A DNA stretch of 64,000 nt. Origin: a virus. Lineage: Duplodnaviria > Caudoviricetes. The position numbers and the translations under genes were made by a program. The stretch spans positions 160,001 through 224,000 of the IMG/VR virus record IMGVR_UViG_3300013426_000014; one strand, given 5' to 3'. The first letter of the stretch is position 1; each line of letters begins with the position of its first letter. The notes beneath the pieces were generated by a model. That model had not been told where the DNA came from. It saw only the letters and a program-made list of their open reading frames with translations, and ran no database searches. Of this stretch, positions 23,182 to 34,579 are shown piece after piece.

Positions 23182-23553
23182 ATGCCGTTTGTTTATGATT
23201 TCAACAAGGCGTTCACACCGGTCAAGACGGTGGACGTCTGTCCGGATGGGTGGAAACCGGTCACAGTGGAATATGTCACCGGTCAGCCGAATATGTATGA
23301 CACGATGCAGAGTGTGTGCTGGCGGGTCAAGGGGACGACACACACATTCACAATATATGAGCGGCGGCTCAATCAAATTTCACACGGCGATTATGCTGAA
23401 CATTTTAAGGAGGCTCTTGAGGGGTTCAGAAAAGACTACAATAACTGGCAGTCGGATCCAAAATACGCCGGATGCGGGTGGGTCGACGAATATATCAGAC
23501 AGTTCGGCGGGTTCATCTTGCCGGACGGGGGTAATGTCGGCGCGGGTCAATAA
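23182..23553 (+). CDS. Hypothetical protein
   Basis: 123-aa ORF in operon context. Confidence 0.7.
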   Translation: MPFVYDFNKAFTPVKTVDVCPDGWKPVTVEYVTGQPNMYDTMQSVCWRVKGTTHTFTIYERRLNQISHGDYAEHFKEALEGFRKDYNNWQSDPKYAGCGWVDEYIRQFGGFILPDGGNVGAGQ

Positions 23554-23577
23554 TGTAAAAATAGGATAGTAAAATAT

Positions 23578-24447
23578 ATGAAACGTTACTTTCAGTGGAT
23601 AACGGGAGATGATTTCGGTAAGGTCGAGACGCTTGCCGGCATAAGGTATGAGAAAGGCGAGTATTTTCTTGATTTCGATTCCGGTGATTCGATGAACATG
23701 CGTTTTGTCGCGGCGATGACGAATGATCCGAATTCGTTACATAACAGGTTTTTGGTCGAGATTAAGGATCCGTATGATAGGTGGGGCCGGGATGTGAAAA
23801 AACCGAGGGTCGAGACCGTCGGCGACGCGGATGGTAATGATATCACGGTAGAAATTCCGCCGATTGACGATATCGTCGGGGCGACAAGGAATGGCGACGG
23901 CGATTACACAATAGGACAGTCTTCCGTCGGCAAGGTGACGCTGCTACCGCCGAAATTCAGGGGCCCGTTCCTTCCGCTGCCGGATCCAGCCGATTATTTC
24001 GCTGAAGAAAATGAGCGGAAGATAACGGCGATGCGCGAGCGCCGCCGACCGGATGACACGTGTTCCGCCGCGCCGGAGCCGGAAAAAATCGTGGTCCAGA
24101 AGAGTGAGTCCGCCGCGGTCATTGAGCCGCCGGCAGAATTAAAGACTATGGATGGCAGCGGGAAATCTACTGTGATAAAGGCGCCGACTGACGTTATATC
24201 CGAATCAGATCCGGTCTGGATTCTTGTGAACTCGTCGAAGAAGACGGCGGCGAGCATGGACGTCACGATAGAGATCGGACTGCCGTCGAAAGATCTGTAC
24301 AAGCTGGTGTCGACACAGTTCGACGGCGGTGCCGATAAATTTGAAAAAATCATACGGAAATATATTGTCGACTCGCTTACGACCGGCCCGGCGGCGGAGC
24401 AGATCGTTAAATCCGTGATGGAAGAGTACAAATCTGGAAATGAATAA
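23578..24447 (+). CDS. Hypothetical protein
   Basis: 289-aa ORF. Confidence 0.75.
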   Translation: MKRYFQWITGDDFGKVETLAGIRYEKGEYFLDFDSGDSMNMRFVAAMTNDPNSLHNRFLVEIKDPYDRWGRDVKKPRVETVGDADGNDITVEIPPIDDIVGATRNGDGDYTIGQSSVGKVTLLPPKFRGPFLPLPDPADYFAEENERKITAMRERRRPDDTCSAAPEPEKIVVQKSESAAVIEPPAELKTMDGSGKSTVIKAPTDVISESDPVWILVNSSKKTAASMDVTIEIGLPSKDLYKLVSTQFDGGADKFEKIIRKYIVDSLTTGPAAEQIVKSVMEEYKSGNE

Positions 24448-24515
24448 CGGGAGTTCCTGGTAAAGCGTGTTGGGTGATAAATAGTAAAATTTTATCACCC
24501 AACTATTTTGTTATT

Positions 24516-24941
24516 ATGAAGTTATACATGACAATAGAGCCGTTGAGTACATTGAAGCACGTGTTCACGAATCTCCGGTCATTCGAGATAATAGATGTGG
24601 ATTTCATCATCAATGATATCGGGCTTGATGTCACAAAGGAGCGCAATGCGTTTATAGTCAATAATGAGATAGTTGATTTGTTGAAAAATTATTCCCGGAG
24701 CAGACGGACGTCCGGTATAATATACGTCAACAGGAATCTTAATTGTGACGTCATAAACAGTATACGCGACACGCTGTCCGGATATGACAAATCACTTGTT
24801 GACGAGCTTATCCTTATGGATAACAAGGACGTGCCGCGGATTTCCGGATTGTATCCGTGTGTCGATGAGGTGCTTTACTTCACCGCGTTCAAGAAGGTCC
24901 GGATAATAGAATGCAAGCCGCTCCCGAATTTCAACATTTAA
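24516..24941 (+). CDS. Hypothetical protein
   Basis: ORF with A/T-rich start context. Confidence 0.65.
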   Translation: MKLYMTIEPLSTLKHVFTNLRSFEIIDVDFIINDIGLDVTKERNAFIVNNEIVDLLKNYSRSRRTSGIIYVNRNLNCDVINSIRDTLSGYDKSLVDELILMDNKDVPRISGLYPCVDEVLYFTAFKKVRIIECKPLPNFNI

Positions 24942-24944
24942 CAT

Positions 24945-25949
24945 CTAAGGCTGACCCATCAATCCGAAACACTGCTTGCCGGCGAGATTTCATCCCGTCG
25001 CGAGTCACAGGAAAAATCCGAGGTTTTTTCATATAGGAAGCCGCTCGTACTTAGGCAGCGGCTCGACAAGCGGAAGTAACGCGAGCGCGATGTTTATCGC
25101 TTTCAATATCTTTTCCCGTGTGTCATATACGAATGTAGGCGAATCTCATTTAACTGTCGGTTTCGCGGTGTCGATGTCGCCTAATGCTGATTTTGCAGCA
25201 GACATTCCCTTTTTTATAGATGACGCCATCTTTACCGATTTCAGTTTTCCCATCGCGACGACGGGCAGGTCGAGTACAGTGTCTATGGCTTTAATGACTG
25301 GTGTCGGTATAACGCGAACGCACGATTGGTTGAGATTCAATATTTTCGTCTTAACAGGGCGCATAGATTTCGGTGTCAGGAAAAAGGCGATCCCTTCCGG
25401 ATCGATGGTGAATAGTTTCGGTATCGCCTTCAGTAGTGCCGATATGACGCTGAGCACGGCGGCTATTATTTTCAGCACTGCCTGTATCATAATAACAAGC
25501 GTTGAGAACATCGCCTGTAGTACCGGTGCGATTTTTCCTTCTGCCGCGAGCATCAACAAGTTTCGCTTTATTTTGACTATCAATAGTTTCGCGTAAAGGC
25601 TTGCTTTTTTGATCTTAAGTGATAACAGTTCCATTTTGGTCCTGCATCTTTTCTGCATCGCCGCTATCTTGGACGCTGCTTTTTTCGAGATGCCATTGAC
25701 GAATTGGTTGAATATTCTGTTCAGATCGATTCTCCGAATAAAATCCGCGTATTTTTCGATTTTCGTAATGAACTTGTTTATCTTGTCGATTCGTTCCTGC
25801 ATTTTACATAGTCGGGATTCGGTCTCGATATCCGGCGTCTCGACGGTCATGTCGTCATTTATGTATATTCCAGCCTCCACCGATCCGGTATCGGTGTCGG
25901 CTATCATCGCATCCAGCGTGAGTTCAAGATTGTCCGATGTTGTCGCCAT
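24945..25949 (-). CDS. Hypothetical (likely late) protein with 4 TGA=Trp
   Basis: Frame continues past TGA 25146 as ...PLPKYERLPI*KNLGFFL*LATG*NLAGKQCFGLMGQP-TAG, filling the gap to the convergent gene. Confidence 0.8.
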
Positions 25950-26089
25950 AGTAAAATACGCATCTTATTTATTGAAATACAGGATCATCCTTATATTTTC
26001 GCTCCGGAAAAAGTTGTTCTGTTTATATCGGCATTTTGAAAAAGTTGAGCAATGCCTCAATAATATATTAAGACAAATGATTTTTGACT

Positions 26090-26749
26090 ATGCTTGACAA
26101 AGAAACAAGAGAAGTTCTGGACCGGTTGACCGCGCCGGTCATAAAGACGAAACAGAATCCGGTTGACTTTTACAAATGTCGCGATGTGAATGACCCGACA
26201 CGGGCATGGTCTGCCGCCGGCATTGATTTTTATATGCCGCGTTTTCGCGATGGTAAAAATTGGCCGGATGATGATAAGGAATCATGCCCCGCCATCGCCG
26301 ATACAGTCTTTTCTAAAGATTTGCGGGCGAGAAGCGGTAGTGGATGGAAGTCACATATCTTTGGTTATGACCATGATTTCGATCTTAACTATATCGCACT
26401 GCAGCCCGGCGAACGTGTGGCGATACCGTCCGGTATTAAAGCAAGGTTCAATATAAAAGACATTGCGCTTATCGCGTTCAATAAATCTGGTGTCGCGACG
26501 AAAAAAGGACTTATCGTCGGGGCGTGTGTTGTCGATGAAGACTATCTCGGCGAGATTCATATCTCGTTGATGAATACATCAAACACTGATCAGATTCGTC
26601 TGTATGAAAATGAGAAGCTTGTACAATTTCTGGCAATTCCGCTTGTTCGGCCGTGTTTCGGTATGCTCACCGAAAATGAGTGGAATGAATATGTCAATGA
26701 GTCTGATTCACTCCGCGGCGCGGGATGGCAGGGATCAAGTAACAAATAA
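26090..26749 (+). CDS. dut: dUTPase (trimeric type)
   Basis: AAGIDF, NKSGVA, VVDEDYLGEI, KLVQF, RGAGWQGSS motifs. Confidence 0.9.
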   Translation: MLDKETREVLDRLTAPVIKTKQNPVDFYKCRDVNDPTRAWSAAGIDFYMPRFRDGKNWPDDDKESCPAIADTVFSKDLRARSGSGWKSHIFGYDHDFDLNYIALQPGERVAIPSGIKARFNIKDIALIAFNKSGVATKKGLIVGACVVDEDYLGEIHISLMNTSNTDQIRLYENEKLVQFLAIPLVRPCFGMLTENEWNEYVNESDSLRGAGWQGSSNK

Positions 26750-26758
26750 TCAGGTATT

Positions 26759-27256
26759 ATGAGTTTGGATCTTTATATAATTTCACCTGAGCCAATTAAG
26801 AAGAAAACAACAGGCGTATTTTACCGCAAAGACGGTAGGACGCTTGAATGTGAGACGATTGAGCAGGTCAAGACTGCGTTTCCTGATTGTGATCTTTCAG
26901 AAATTACAGTTCATGAATATGAGACCGATGAGTACTGGCATGGCAATCTGACACATAACCTTACCCAAATGGCGGCGGAGGTCAAGGCGGACGGATACAC
27001 ATTGTATGATTTGATGTGGCATCCAGATGATCACGGATTCGTTTATGTGACATATGAGTACGTTGAGCTTGTAAACAGGATGGTTGATATACTCGATGAT
27101 CTTGATCCGGAAGTCATTATAAAAACGACACCAGAAAATGGGTGGGGAACATATGATCTGCTTCTTAGTGTCGCCGGCGATTTCGCCGATCAGCTTATGG
27201 ATCTTTACAATTCTGTCGAGAATTACGAGGATTACAAGGTTGTCGCCGATACATAG
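26759..27256 (+). CDS. Hypothetical phage protein
   Basis: MSLDLY...NLTHNLTQMA...PENGWGTY, a common phage hypothetical pattern. Confidence 0.75.
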   Translation: MSLDLYIISPEPIKKKTTGVFYRKDGRTLECETIEQVKTAFPDCDLSEITVHEYETDEYWHGNLTHNLTQMAAEVKADGYTLYDLMWHPDDHGFVYVTYEYVELVNRMVDILDDLDPEVIIKTTPENGWGTYDLLLSVAGDFADQLMDLYNSVENYEDYKVVADT

Positions 27257-27286
27257 CGGCTACATCAAATTTGTTATAAAAACCCA

Positions 27287-27317
27287 AAACCGGGCGGTTA
27301 ATTCCGTCCGGTTTTTT
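27287..27317. terminator. Bidirectional terminator between convergent genes
   Basis: AAAACCGGGCGG-ttaatt-CCGTCCGGTTTT. Confidence 0.7.
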
Positions 27318-27344
27318 GTTGTAATGGTCGGTTCCGACCCGTTC

Positions 27345-29048
27345 TTATACGGTTTGTGACCACATGACGCCGAATCCGTCGACAATGCTGTATCTGTATG
27401 TTCCTGCCGTGAATTCCGCGGGTTGTCCTGACATTGTCAGTTCGTCCCCGCCATATAAGAATTTGACCGTCGCGGAGGTTTTCAGTCTGAACTGACCTCT
27501 GTATTCGGTCGAGCCATTCGCCGGCATGCTGATCCGGATGACAGCGCCGTCTATATTGTCGAACACGTACATCTTGCCGTCCGTGATAGTGACATTCTTC
27601 GTCTCGTCTGGAAAATATGTCGTATCGGACAAGTCGATATGCTTTACTGCCGTCTGCCCGCACAGGTTGAGCAGGTTAAGATACATCTCGCACGCCGAAT
27701 CCTGTGACAACGCGGCGGAGTCGTCTTCCGCCGGCGTCATGTAGTCGCCGACGCATTTGACATGACCGTACTGCTTCGCGGTCCCGGCGCCGTGTGTCGT
27801 CAGCGGCGACGCGTGGTTATCTTCCGCGTACTTGACCGCCGACCCGTCCGATATCGCCGACAGCACAGTGTCGACTTTCACGGTCAGCGCGTCATACTTG
27901 TCGTTCAGCGATCTGTTGAATTTGATGTTCGACCGCATGAGATCCAGCGCCTTGTTCAAGTTCGCCGTTACGTTCGCGAAATCTGCCGTTATCTCCGACT
28001 CGCCAGTCGACCAGTCCGATATCTCCGCCGTCGTGTCATCCGTTATCGAGCTTGTTTTGAGGTTCAGCCTGAAAGAGTATCCGTTACCGAATCCGGCGGC
28101 GTTGCTTTTCTTCTTCGTTAGCGACGGAATTGTGAAACTCCCGGACGTCCCGTTCGGCGCGTCAAGAAACAATACGCCGAAAAGATTTGTCGCCAGTATG
28201 TTGTTGCTTGCGCTGTCGTATATCGAGTAATACACGAGCACTGTGTTGAACGTGTATTCCGCCACCGGCTTTATGCCGAGCTTGTCGACGCCTATCGCGA
28301 GATCATCCATCGACAGCGAATGCGCGTCTGCCGCGTTGGTATATGTCCCGTATATATCGCGCAACCCGTTTATGTCGAGCTCCATCGACATGCAGTCGTC
28401 ATCACTTACCGTGTACGCCTCCAGTCCGGACTCGTCGTAATATGGAGACGCGTCGCCTGTCTCCTGAGCGAAGGTCGACCCGGTTTTTCAGTTGTCGTCC
28501 TCTACCTTCTTGAAATATGCGGTCATGCCGCCGAATGACGACGGCACCTGTACATATATCTCGTTGTATATTGTCCGGTCATCCGTCCTGTAGTTCGCCG
28601 CTGCGACTTTGCCGAATCCCCTGACGATTTCCGATCCGGCTTTCTCCTTGTAATATGTCGAGCCGGACGGTGTTGTCACCTTCTCTGATATGTCGATCAG
28701 CCCCTCATGTCGCAGCCATTTTCAGAACGCGCGTTCGGATACGGTCAGGTTCGCGGAGTAGTCATAACCAGTCTCGTTCCGTGCTGCCGTCTCGAGATTC
28801 ATCATATAGTGCTGCAGCTCGTCCTTTATCATGACGCCGGGATTGTCTGACCCGGATCCGCGGTTTTTCCACGCCGTCGTGTTGTCCTTTGTCCCCGGCA
28901 GGTCGAGCAGCGCGTAATGTGACACGCCGACTTTGTTTCCCCTTTCGTTTATGTTGAGCCCTACGTCCTCCGTCGCCGACGGCATTGTATAGAATGTGCC
29001 GCCTTGCGTTCGCATCGCGTTCAGAACGGGTGTCTTGAATTTCGCCAT
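27345..29048 (-). CDS. Virion structural (baseplate/tail-like) protein with 2 TGA=Trp
   Basis: Three in-frame pieces joined at TGA 28722 (SERAF*KWL) and 28488; ends TAA; C-terminal YGHVK motif shared with 7027-10200. Confidence 0.82.
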
Positions 29049-29052
29049 TGCC

Positions 29053-29970
29053 TTATGCCTTTTCTATTTTGCCGGACGCCGATATGATTCTGAGATCACA
29101 TCTGCCGTCTTCGTCTGTCCCGGCGCAGACGAGCGTCAGCTGTGTCACCTCCGCGTCGGATTTCATCACTTTCACGCTGATGCCATCATTAAGCCTAACA
29201 ACGAAATCGGATTCCGTTTTTGGGTTGAATATCAGGCTGACCGTGTCACCCTTCGACATCCCCCGCGGGCAGGCCGGTAGTTCGTTGTCTATCTTCAGAT
29301 ATCTCGCGCCGCCGACCTCATAATACCTGAACTTCTCGCCCTTCACCGTATCGGCATAATCGGCCTTGCGGCGGAACTTGTCCGGATCATAAGACACTTT
29401 CGTCATGTAGTATTTGAGCGGATATGTATATGACACATCGGCGTCGAGCGCGGCGAGGTATCTGTTCGCGTCCGCCGCCGTCAGCGTCGCCGGCGTCGTC
29501 GACACCGCGACCACCGTGGATTTCTGCTGCTCCACCGTCACCGGCCTTGCCGTTCTCATCGACTGGCCGGACGTCCCGCCTGTGCCGTCGTTGAATAGAT
29601 GTGCGAGCGTCAGCGCTTTGTACAGCTCGCCGATGCTCGAGTCCATCGCGGTCATTACGTCCTTCAGAGATCTGCCAGTCCCGTCGTCATATGTTACGTT
29701 GCCGATTCCCACCGTTATGTTGTCTGTGTTCTTGATAGTCAGCTGACCATCACAGATTAAATTTTTGAACTTACCGGTGTCACCCTCCACCTTGCCTTCT
29801 GTGTGTACTGGCACTTTCACGTATCCGTCCGTCCCGTCCGACCCATATGACAACACCGCGTCGAGCAGCGCCATCAACGCGTCGTTATTGCCATTGCTTA
29901 TCGACGGGAGCTCGCCGATCAGCGTCGACTGGTGAAGCTGTTTCAATTCCGGTCTTGTAAAATTAGGCAT
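29053..29970 (-). CDS. Hypothetical late protein
   Basis: 305-aa ORF downstream of GATAAATA at 29997. Confidence 0.7.
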   Translation of the reverse strand: MPNFTRPELKQLHQSTLIGELPSISNGNNDALMALLDAVLSYGSDGTDGYVKVPVHTEGKVEGDTGKFKNLICDGQLTIKNTDNITVGIGNVTYDDGTGRSLKDVMTAMDSSIGELYKALTLAHLFNDGTGGTSGQSMRTARPVTVEQQKSTVVAVSTTPATLTAADANRYLAALDADVSYTYPLKYYMTKVSYDPDKFRRKADYADTVKGEKFRYYEVGGARYLKIDNELPACPRGMSKGDTVSLIFNPKTESDFVVRLNDGISVKVMKSDAEVTQLTLVCAGTDEDGRCDLRIISASGKIEKA

Positions 29971-30063
29971 TTGTCATTGACCTGTTTACGTTTGTATATT
30001 TATCGGTCCGGAATAAAACCGCCGGCGTCCTAATAAAATATTTGATTTGATAAAATCTTGCGT

Positions 30064-31539
30064 ATGATTATAAACAGAGAGATACTGACGGGTTGCGACC
30101 CGGACGGGAACGTGACGAAGACAGAGCTTATCAGCTATGTCGGTGCTGACGGGACCGTCAAGTTCCTTAACTATCCGATACCGAAGGACTGGTGGTTCAA
30201 TTGGAGCTACTCGAAATACGGCGACAGATCCGCGGATCCGTACTACCGGTCATGGGACGGCAAGCCGGTGACGAAACGGTTCCTCGACGACAACAGAGAT
30301 ATATGCGAGAACAGGGAACATGAGATACTGTGCTCGATGGTGAAGGCTTATCCGCAGATGTCTGTCTTGTACGATATGAACATACCGACCACCGCGTTCA
30401 TAGATATTGAGGTCGAAGTCGACGGGACCGGTTTCCCTGAGCCGTCGAAAGCTCAGTCACCGGTGACGACGATATCTTACGTTGTCGGCAACGTCGTGAC
30501 AGTATTCGGCCGCGCCGTCTTGACCGACGACCAGATATCTGGCATCGCGAAGAAGGTGAAGGAACACACGGAGCGTTTCGGTGTCGACTACACATTTATA
30601 TATAAGTATTACCGGAACGAGTATGACATGCTGGAGGATTTCTTCTTTAATTATGTGAAGAATATTCCGGGGTTGACCGGTTGGAACCTGTTCGGTTTCG
30701 ACTGGCCGTATCTGTATAACAGGTGCAAGAACATCGGACTGAACATAAAGAATATTTCGCCGACCGGCAAGTGGACGAAGCACAAGGTGCTGAAATCTGA
30801 GATAACGGCGGAGATACCGATGCACAAGGTCATATACGACTATCTTGAGATATACAAGAAATGGGACAGGACTGTCGAGGTGAAGGAGAACTCAACGCTT
30901 GATTTCGTCGCTTCCGCCGCACTTGGCGTTACAAAAGTGAAGCATAGTCTCGGCTTTCAGGATATGTGGGAGCAGGAACCAGACAACTATGTGTTTTATA
31001 ATGCGATAGACTCGGTTCTTGTTGCGGAGCTCGATAAGAAGATCAAGACGTCGAAAACTATGTACGCGCTCGCAAATCTGACGCATGTCGATCTGCTGAA
31101 CAATATATCGCCTGTACGTACAATCGAGATTGTTCAGTGTGAGTATGCTTGGATGGACGGCAAGGTTTTTCCCAACGTCAAGAACAACGCGGTGAAACAG
31201 GATTATGAAGGCGCGTATGTGTATCCGACGATACCGGGTATTTACAGGAACATCCTTGCCCTTGATTTTAACTCTCTGTATCCGACTACTCAAAGACAGT
31301 TCAACATTTCCCCTGATACGTTCATCAAGAAAGACAAGTCGTACACGCCGGAAGCGGACGAGATCAAGACTGTTTCCGGCGCCGTGTATAAGCGGAACGA
31401 GAAGGGACTGCTGCCTAAGATACTGACCGACTTTTACGCGAAAAGAAAGGGGTTCAAGAAAGTCATGATGGCGGCGGACGACGAGATCAATTATCTCGAG
31501 AACGTTTATGAGCGGCGCACAAGCAAAGCGATGTCATAA
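30064..31539 (+). CDS. Family B DNA polymerase, N-terminal part only (3'-5' exonuclease + motif A)
   Basis: FIDIE, GWNLFGFDWPY, YNAID, YEGAYV and LDFNSLYP present; ends before motif B (KxxxNSxYG) and motif C (YGDTDS). Confidence 0.9.
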   Translation: MIINREILTGCDPDGNVTKTELISYVGADGTVKFLNYPIPKDWWFNWSYSKYGDRSADPYYRSWDGKPVTKRFLDDNRDICENREHEILCSMVKAYPQMSVLYDMNIPTTAFIDIEVEVDGTGFPEPSKAQSPVTTISYVVGNVVTVFGRAVLTDDQISGIAKKVKEHTERFGVDYTFIYKYYRNEYDMLEDFFFNYVKNIPGLTGWNLFGFDWPYLYNRCKNIGLNIKNISPTGKWTKHKVLKSEITAEIPMHKVIYDYLEIYKKWDRTVEVKENSTLDFVASAALGVTKVKHSLGFQDMWEQEPDNYVFYNAIDSVLVAELDKKIKTSKTMYALANLTHVDLLNNISPVRTIEIVQCEYAWMDGKVFPNVKNNAVKQDYEGAYVYPTIPGIYRNILALDFNSLYPTTQRQFNISPDTFIKKDKSYTPEADEIKTVSGAVYKRNEKGLLPKILTDFYAKRKGFKKVMMAADDEINYLENVYERRTSKAMS

Positions 31540-33149
31540 TGACTGATCCGGGAACAGACGAAAAGATTATCGGTTACATCACCGGTAAGGACGGCGGTAT
31601 TGTTCGGCAGCGCTGCTCAAAAACAGCGCTGTTGAATCATGGTTATTTTGACTATATCACAGCCCGGTATCCGGATATTGACTGGACCGACGAGAAGTCC
31701 GCGCTGAAGGAGTCTCTGTATAGATTGCGAAACGGTATAGAGATATGTCCGGTTTGCCCGGTGTGCGGCAAGCCCGTCAGGTTTGACACCGGCAACAAGA
31801 TGTATCCGAAATGGTGCTCCCCTAAATGCAGGAACAATGATCTGTCCGTTAAGGAAAAGAATTCCGCCGGCGTTTCTGCCGCGCTCAGGACGGCGTATTC
31901 TGAACACGGCGGTGATATAAAAGCGAAACGTGCCGTCACATTGGGCGAAAGATACGGCGCCGTGACGTCATCCCCGTTTTCCGCCGAATCCGTGCGGAAG
32001 AAGGCGGAGCGAACGATGATCGAGCGGCACGGCGTCGCGAACGCGTTTCAGATGCCGGATCACCGCGCGTCCGCCGTAAGTTCGGTACGGAAGAATTCGG
32101 TGGATATGTGGAAGGACCGTGGGCTCGATATTGAATATACGGATAACGATACCGTCATCATCAAGAACGGATGCCCGGTCCATGGTGATATTGAGCTCGA
32201 CGTCAAGACGTTCAATAACAGGACAAAACCTGAGCGGATCAATGTGTCGTCGGTTTGCCCTGTGTGTAATCCGCTTGACAGTTATTCCGGTCCGGAAATA
32301 GAGATAAAGAACAATCTTGATTTGTTCGGTATCGAATATGTCATGAACGACAGGTCCATAATAAAGCCGTATGAGCTTGATTTTTATATTCCCGACAAGA
32401 AAATAGCGGTGGAGTTCAACGGTGTTTATTTTCATAGTGATAGATCCGGCAAGCCGATCGATTACCATAAGATGAAATCTGACATGTGTGCGGCGAAAGG
32501 AATAGAGCTCATCCATATATGGGAAAACGAGTGGTCGTCGAAAAAATCATTGATTTTGTCGATGTTGAGATACAAGCTCGGTATACATACCGCCGTCGCG
32601 TACGCGCGTAATTGTGTCGTCAGGAATATATCCGCTGCCGAATCGAGACGGTTCTTCGAGTGCAACCATCTGCAGGGTAATGTGGGCGCGTCGTATAGGT
32701 ACGGCCTTTTTTATGACGGGAATCTCGTCGCCGCGATGACATTCGGCCCGACCCGTCGGATGCTTGGCGCCGACGGGAAGGATTGCGAGCTTTACCGGTT
32801 CTGTGTTATGAACGGGGTATCTGTTCCGGGCGGGGCGTCGAAACTGTTCGTTGCCGCTCTGCCGGATTTGCGATCCGCCGGGTTCAGGAAAATCATCACA
32901 TACGCGAGGAGAGACTGGTCATCGGGTAACTTGTATAAAAAATTAGGCTTTACTTTCATACAATATACAAGTCCCGGTTATTTTTGGGCGGACGGCAGGG
33001 GAACGACATTGAGCCGGTATTCGTGCAGGAAGAATCTTCTCGTCAAGGCTGGAGCGGACCCGAACATGACGGAGACGGAGATCATGACCGCCCGCGGGTT
33101 TTACAAGTGTCATGATTCCGGCAACATGAAATTTGAATATATTCTGTAA
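31539..33149 (+). mobile_element. Free-standing homing endonuclease (Hef/Vsr-like PD-(D/E)XK with Zn fingers)
   Basis: CPVCG..CSPKC, ERHGVANAFQ repeats, ELDFYIPDKKIAVEFNGVYFH, IHIWENEW, NHLQG; overlaps the pol stop codon. Confidence 0.8.
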
Positions 33150-34000
33150 TGAAGTTTTTTAATAAGGACATAGATTTGCGCTCGCGTTTTTTCAGTTCGG
33201 TATACGCGTGCGGTGACATACACGGGTCGTTTGATACGTTCATATTTGATCTCAAACGGAAGAAAATCAAGAACGCCGTGGTTATAATATGCGGTGATAT
33301 ATCACTTGGCTTTAGCAAACCGGCATATTACGAGCAGGTGTTCAAGTCGATGCAGGCGAAACTATACGATCTGAATGTCACAGTTCTGATGTTCCGTGGC
33401 AATCATGACGATCCGGACTGGTTCAAGTTCAACGATTCCGGGTTTGATTATGACTATACGAACATTGTGGTGCTCGATGATTATTCGGTCGTCCGGTTGA
33501 AGGACGATCTGTCGGTTCTTGTCATCGGCGGCGCCGTGTCGATCGACCGGAAACTTCGCGAGTTGAACGGGTACAAGTATTGGACAGGTGAGGAGGTTTG
33601 TCTGCCGGAGAAGAACATGATAAAGAAATTCTGTTCGCTGCCCGGTCGGCATATCGTGTGTAGTCACACTGCCCCGGATTTTGTGAACGCGACCGCGGGT
33701 AATGCTCCGGCGGACGTGCTGGAGAATTTTATTTCATTGGGTGATAAGAATCTGCGTGACGACATAGACAAGGACCGGAAAACGTTGACCGAATGTCGGA
33801 AACTTATGGATCCGGCGCCGGAGTTGTGGCTATACGGTCATTTTCACGCGCACGCTGAAGAGACGACTGACGGGATCAAATATGTGATGCTTGATCGTCT
33901 CAGGGATAACATATCGCATACCCGTCATGACATGACAATTCCGGATTCGGATTTCTGGCTAAAGCGAGATGACATATGTGATTGGTATAAGGTATTATAA
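33149..34000 (+). CDS. Calcineurin-like metallophosphoesterase
   Basis: GDIHG, GD, RGNHD, GHFH motifs. Confidence 0.9.
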   Translation: MKFFNKDIDLRSRFFSSVYACGDIHGSFDTFIFDLKRKKIKNAVVIICGDISLGFSKPAYYEQVFKSMQAKLYDLNVTVLMFRGNHDDPDWFKFNDSGFDYDYTNIVVLDDYSVVRLKDDLSVLVIGGAVSIDRKLRELNGYKYWTGEEVCLPEKNMIKKFCSLPGRHIVCSHTAPDFVNATAGNAPADVLENFISLGDKNLRDDIDKDRKTLTECRKLMDPAPELWLYGHFHAHAEETTDGIKYVMLDRLRDNISHTRHDMTIPDSDFWLKRDDICDWYKVL

Positions 34001-34023
34001 GAGGTATTATAAATTTCAAAAAT

Positions 34024-34569
34024 ATGAGAGTCAGGATGAACGGGAACGACAGGTTCGATGAGTATTATTCAGAAGATAATTGGCGCGGGGGACGTCCCGG
34101 CCGGGATTTCGGCGGGAACAAGAACATGTATGGGAAATGGGATCACAAGACGCATTATTACGAGTTTTACACTACCGGCGGGAGGGGACTCAAAGAATGT
34201 ACGTTTGATTTCCTTAAGAAAAATTTCGACGTCAAGGCCGCGCCGAAGTTCGCGGACGGCGAGTTTTATTTCGTCGCGAACAGGGGGAATAGGGAGATGG
34301 TCATAATGTCGTTCCCGTCGGCCGGCGTCATATATAACCACATGACGAGCTCGTATACGTACATCACGCCGTATGGCGAGGTCCCGATGGATTCATGCTT
34401 CAAGACGGCGGATGACGCGATGAAGTGGATCAAGAAGAATGAGGACGCGTCACGAGGCGAGATCATCGCGATAAAGACAAAGGAGCAGGTCGCGGCGGAG
34501 GACGCGGCGAGACATGTCAATTTCGGTCCGGGAGGACCGGGAGGCCAGACTTTCAGTTTTACATTTTAA
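34024..34569 (+). CDS. Hypothetical protein
   Basis: 181-aa ORF. Confidence 0.7.
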   Translation: MRVRMNGNDRFDEYYSEDNWRGGRPGRDFGGNKNMYGKWDHKTHYYEFYTTGGRGLKECTFDFLKKNFDVKAAPKFADGEFYFVANRGNREMVIMSFPSAGVIYNHMTSSYTYITPYGEVPMDSCFKTADDAMKWIKKNEDASRGEIIAIKTKEQVAAEDAARHVNFGPGGPGGQTFSFTF

Positions 34570-34579
34570 TTAAATCTGT

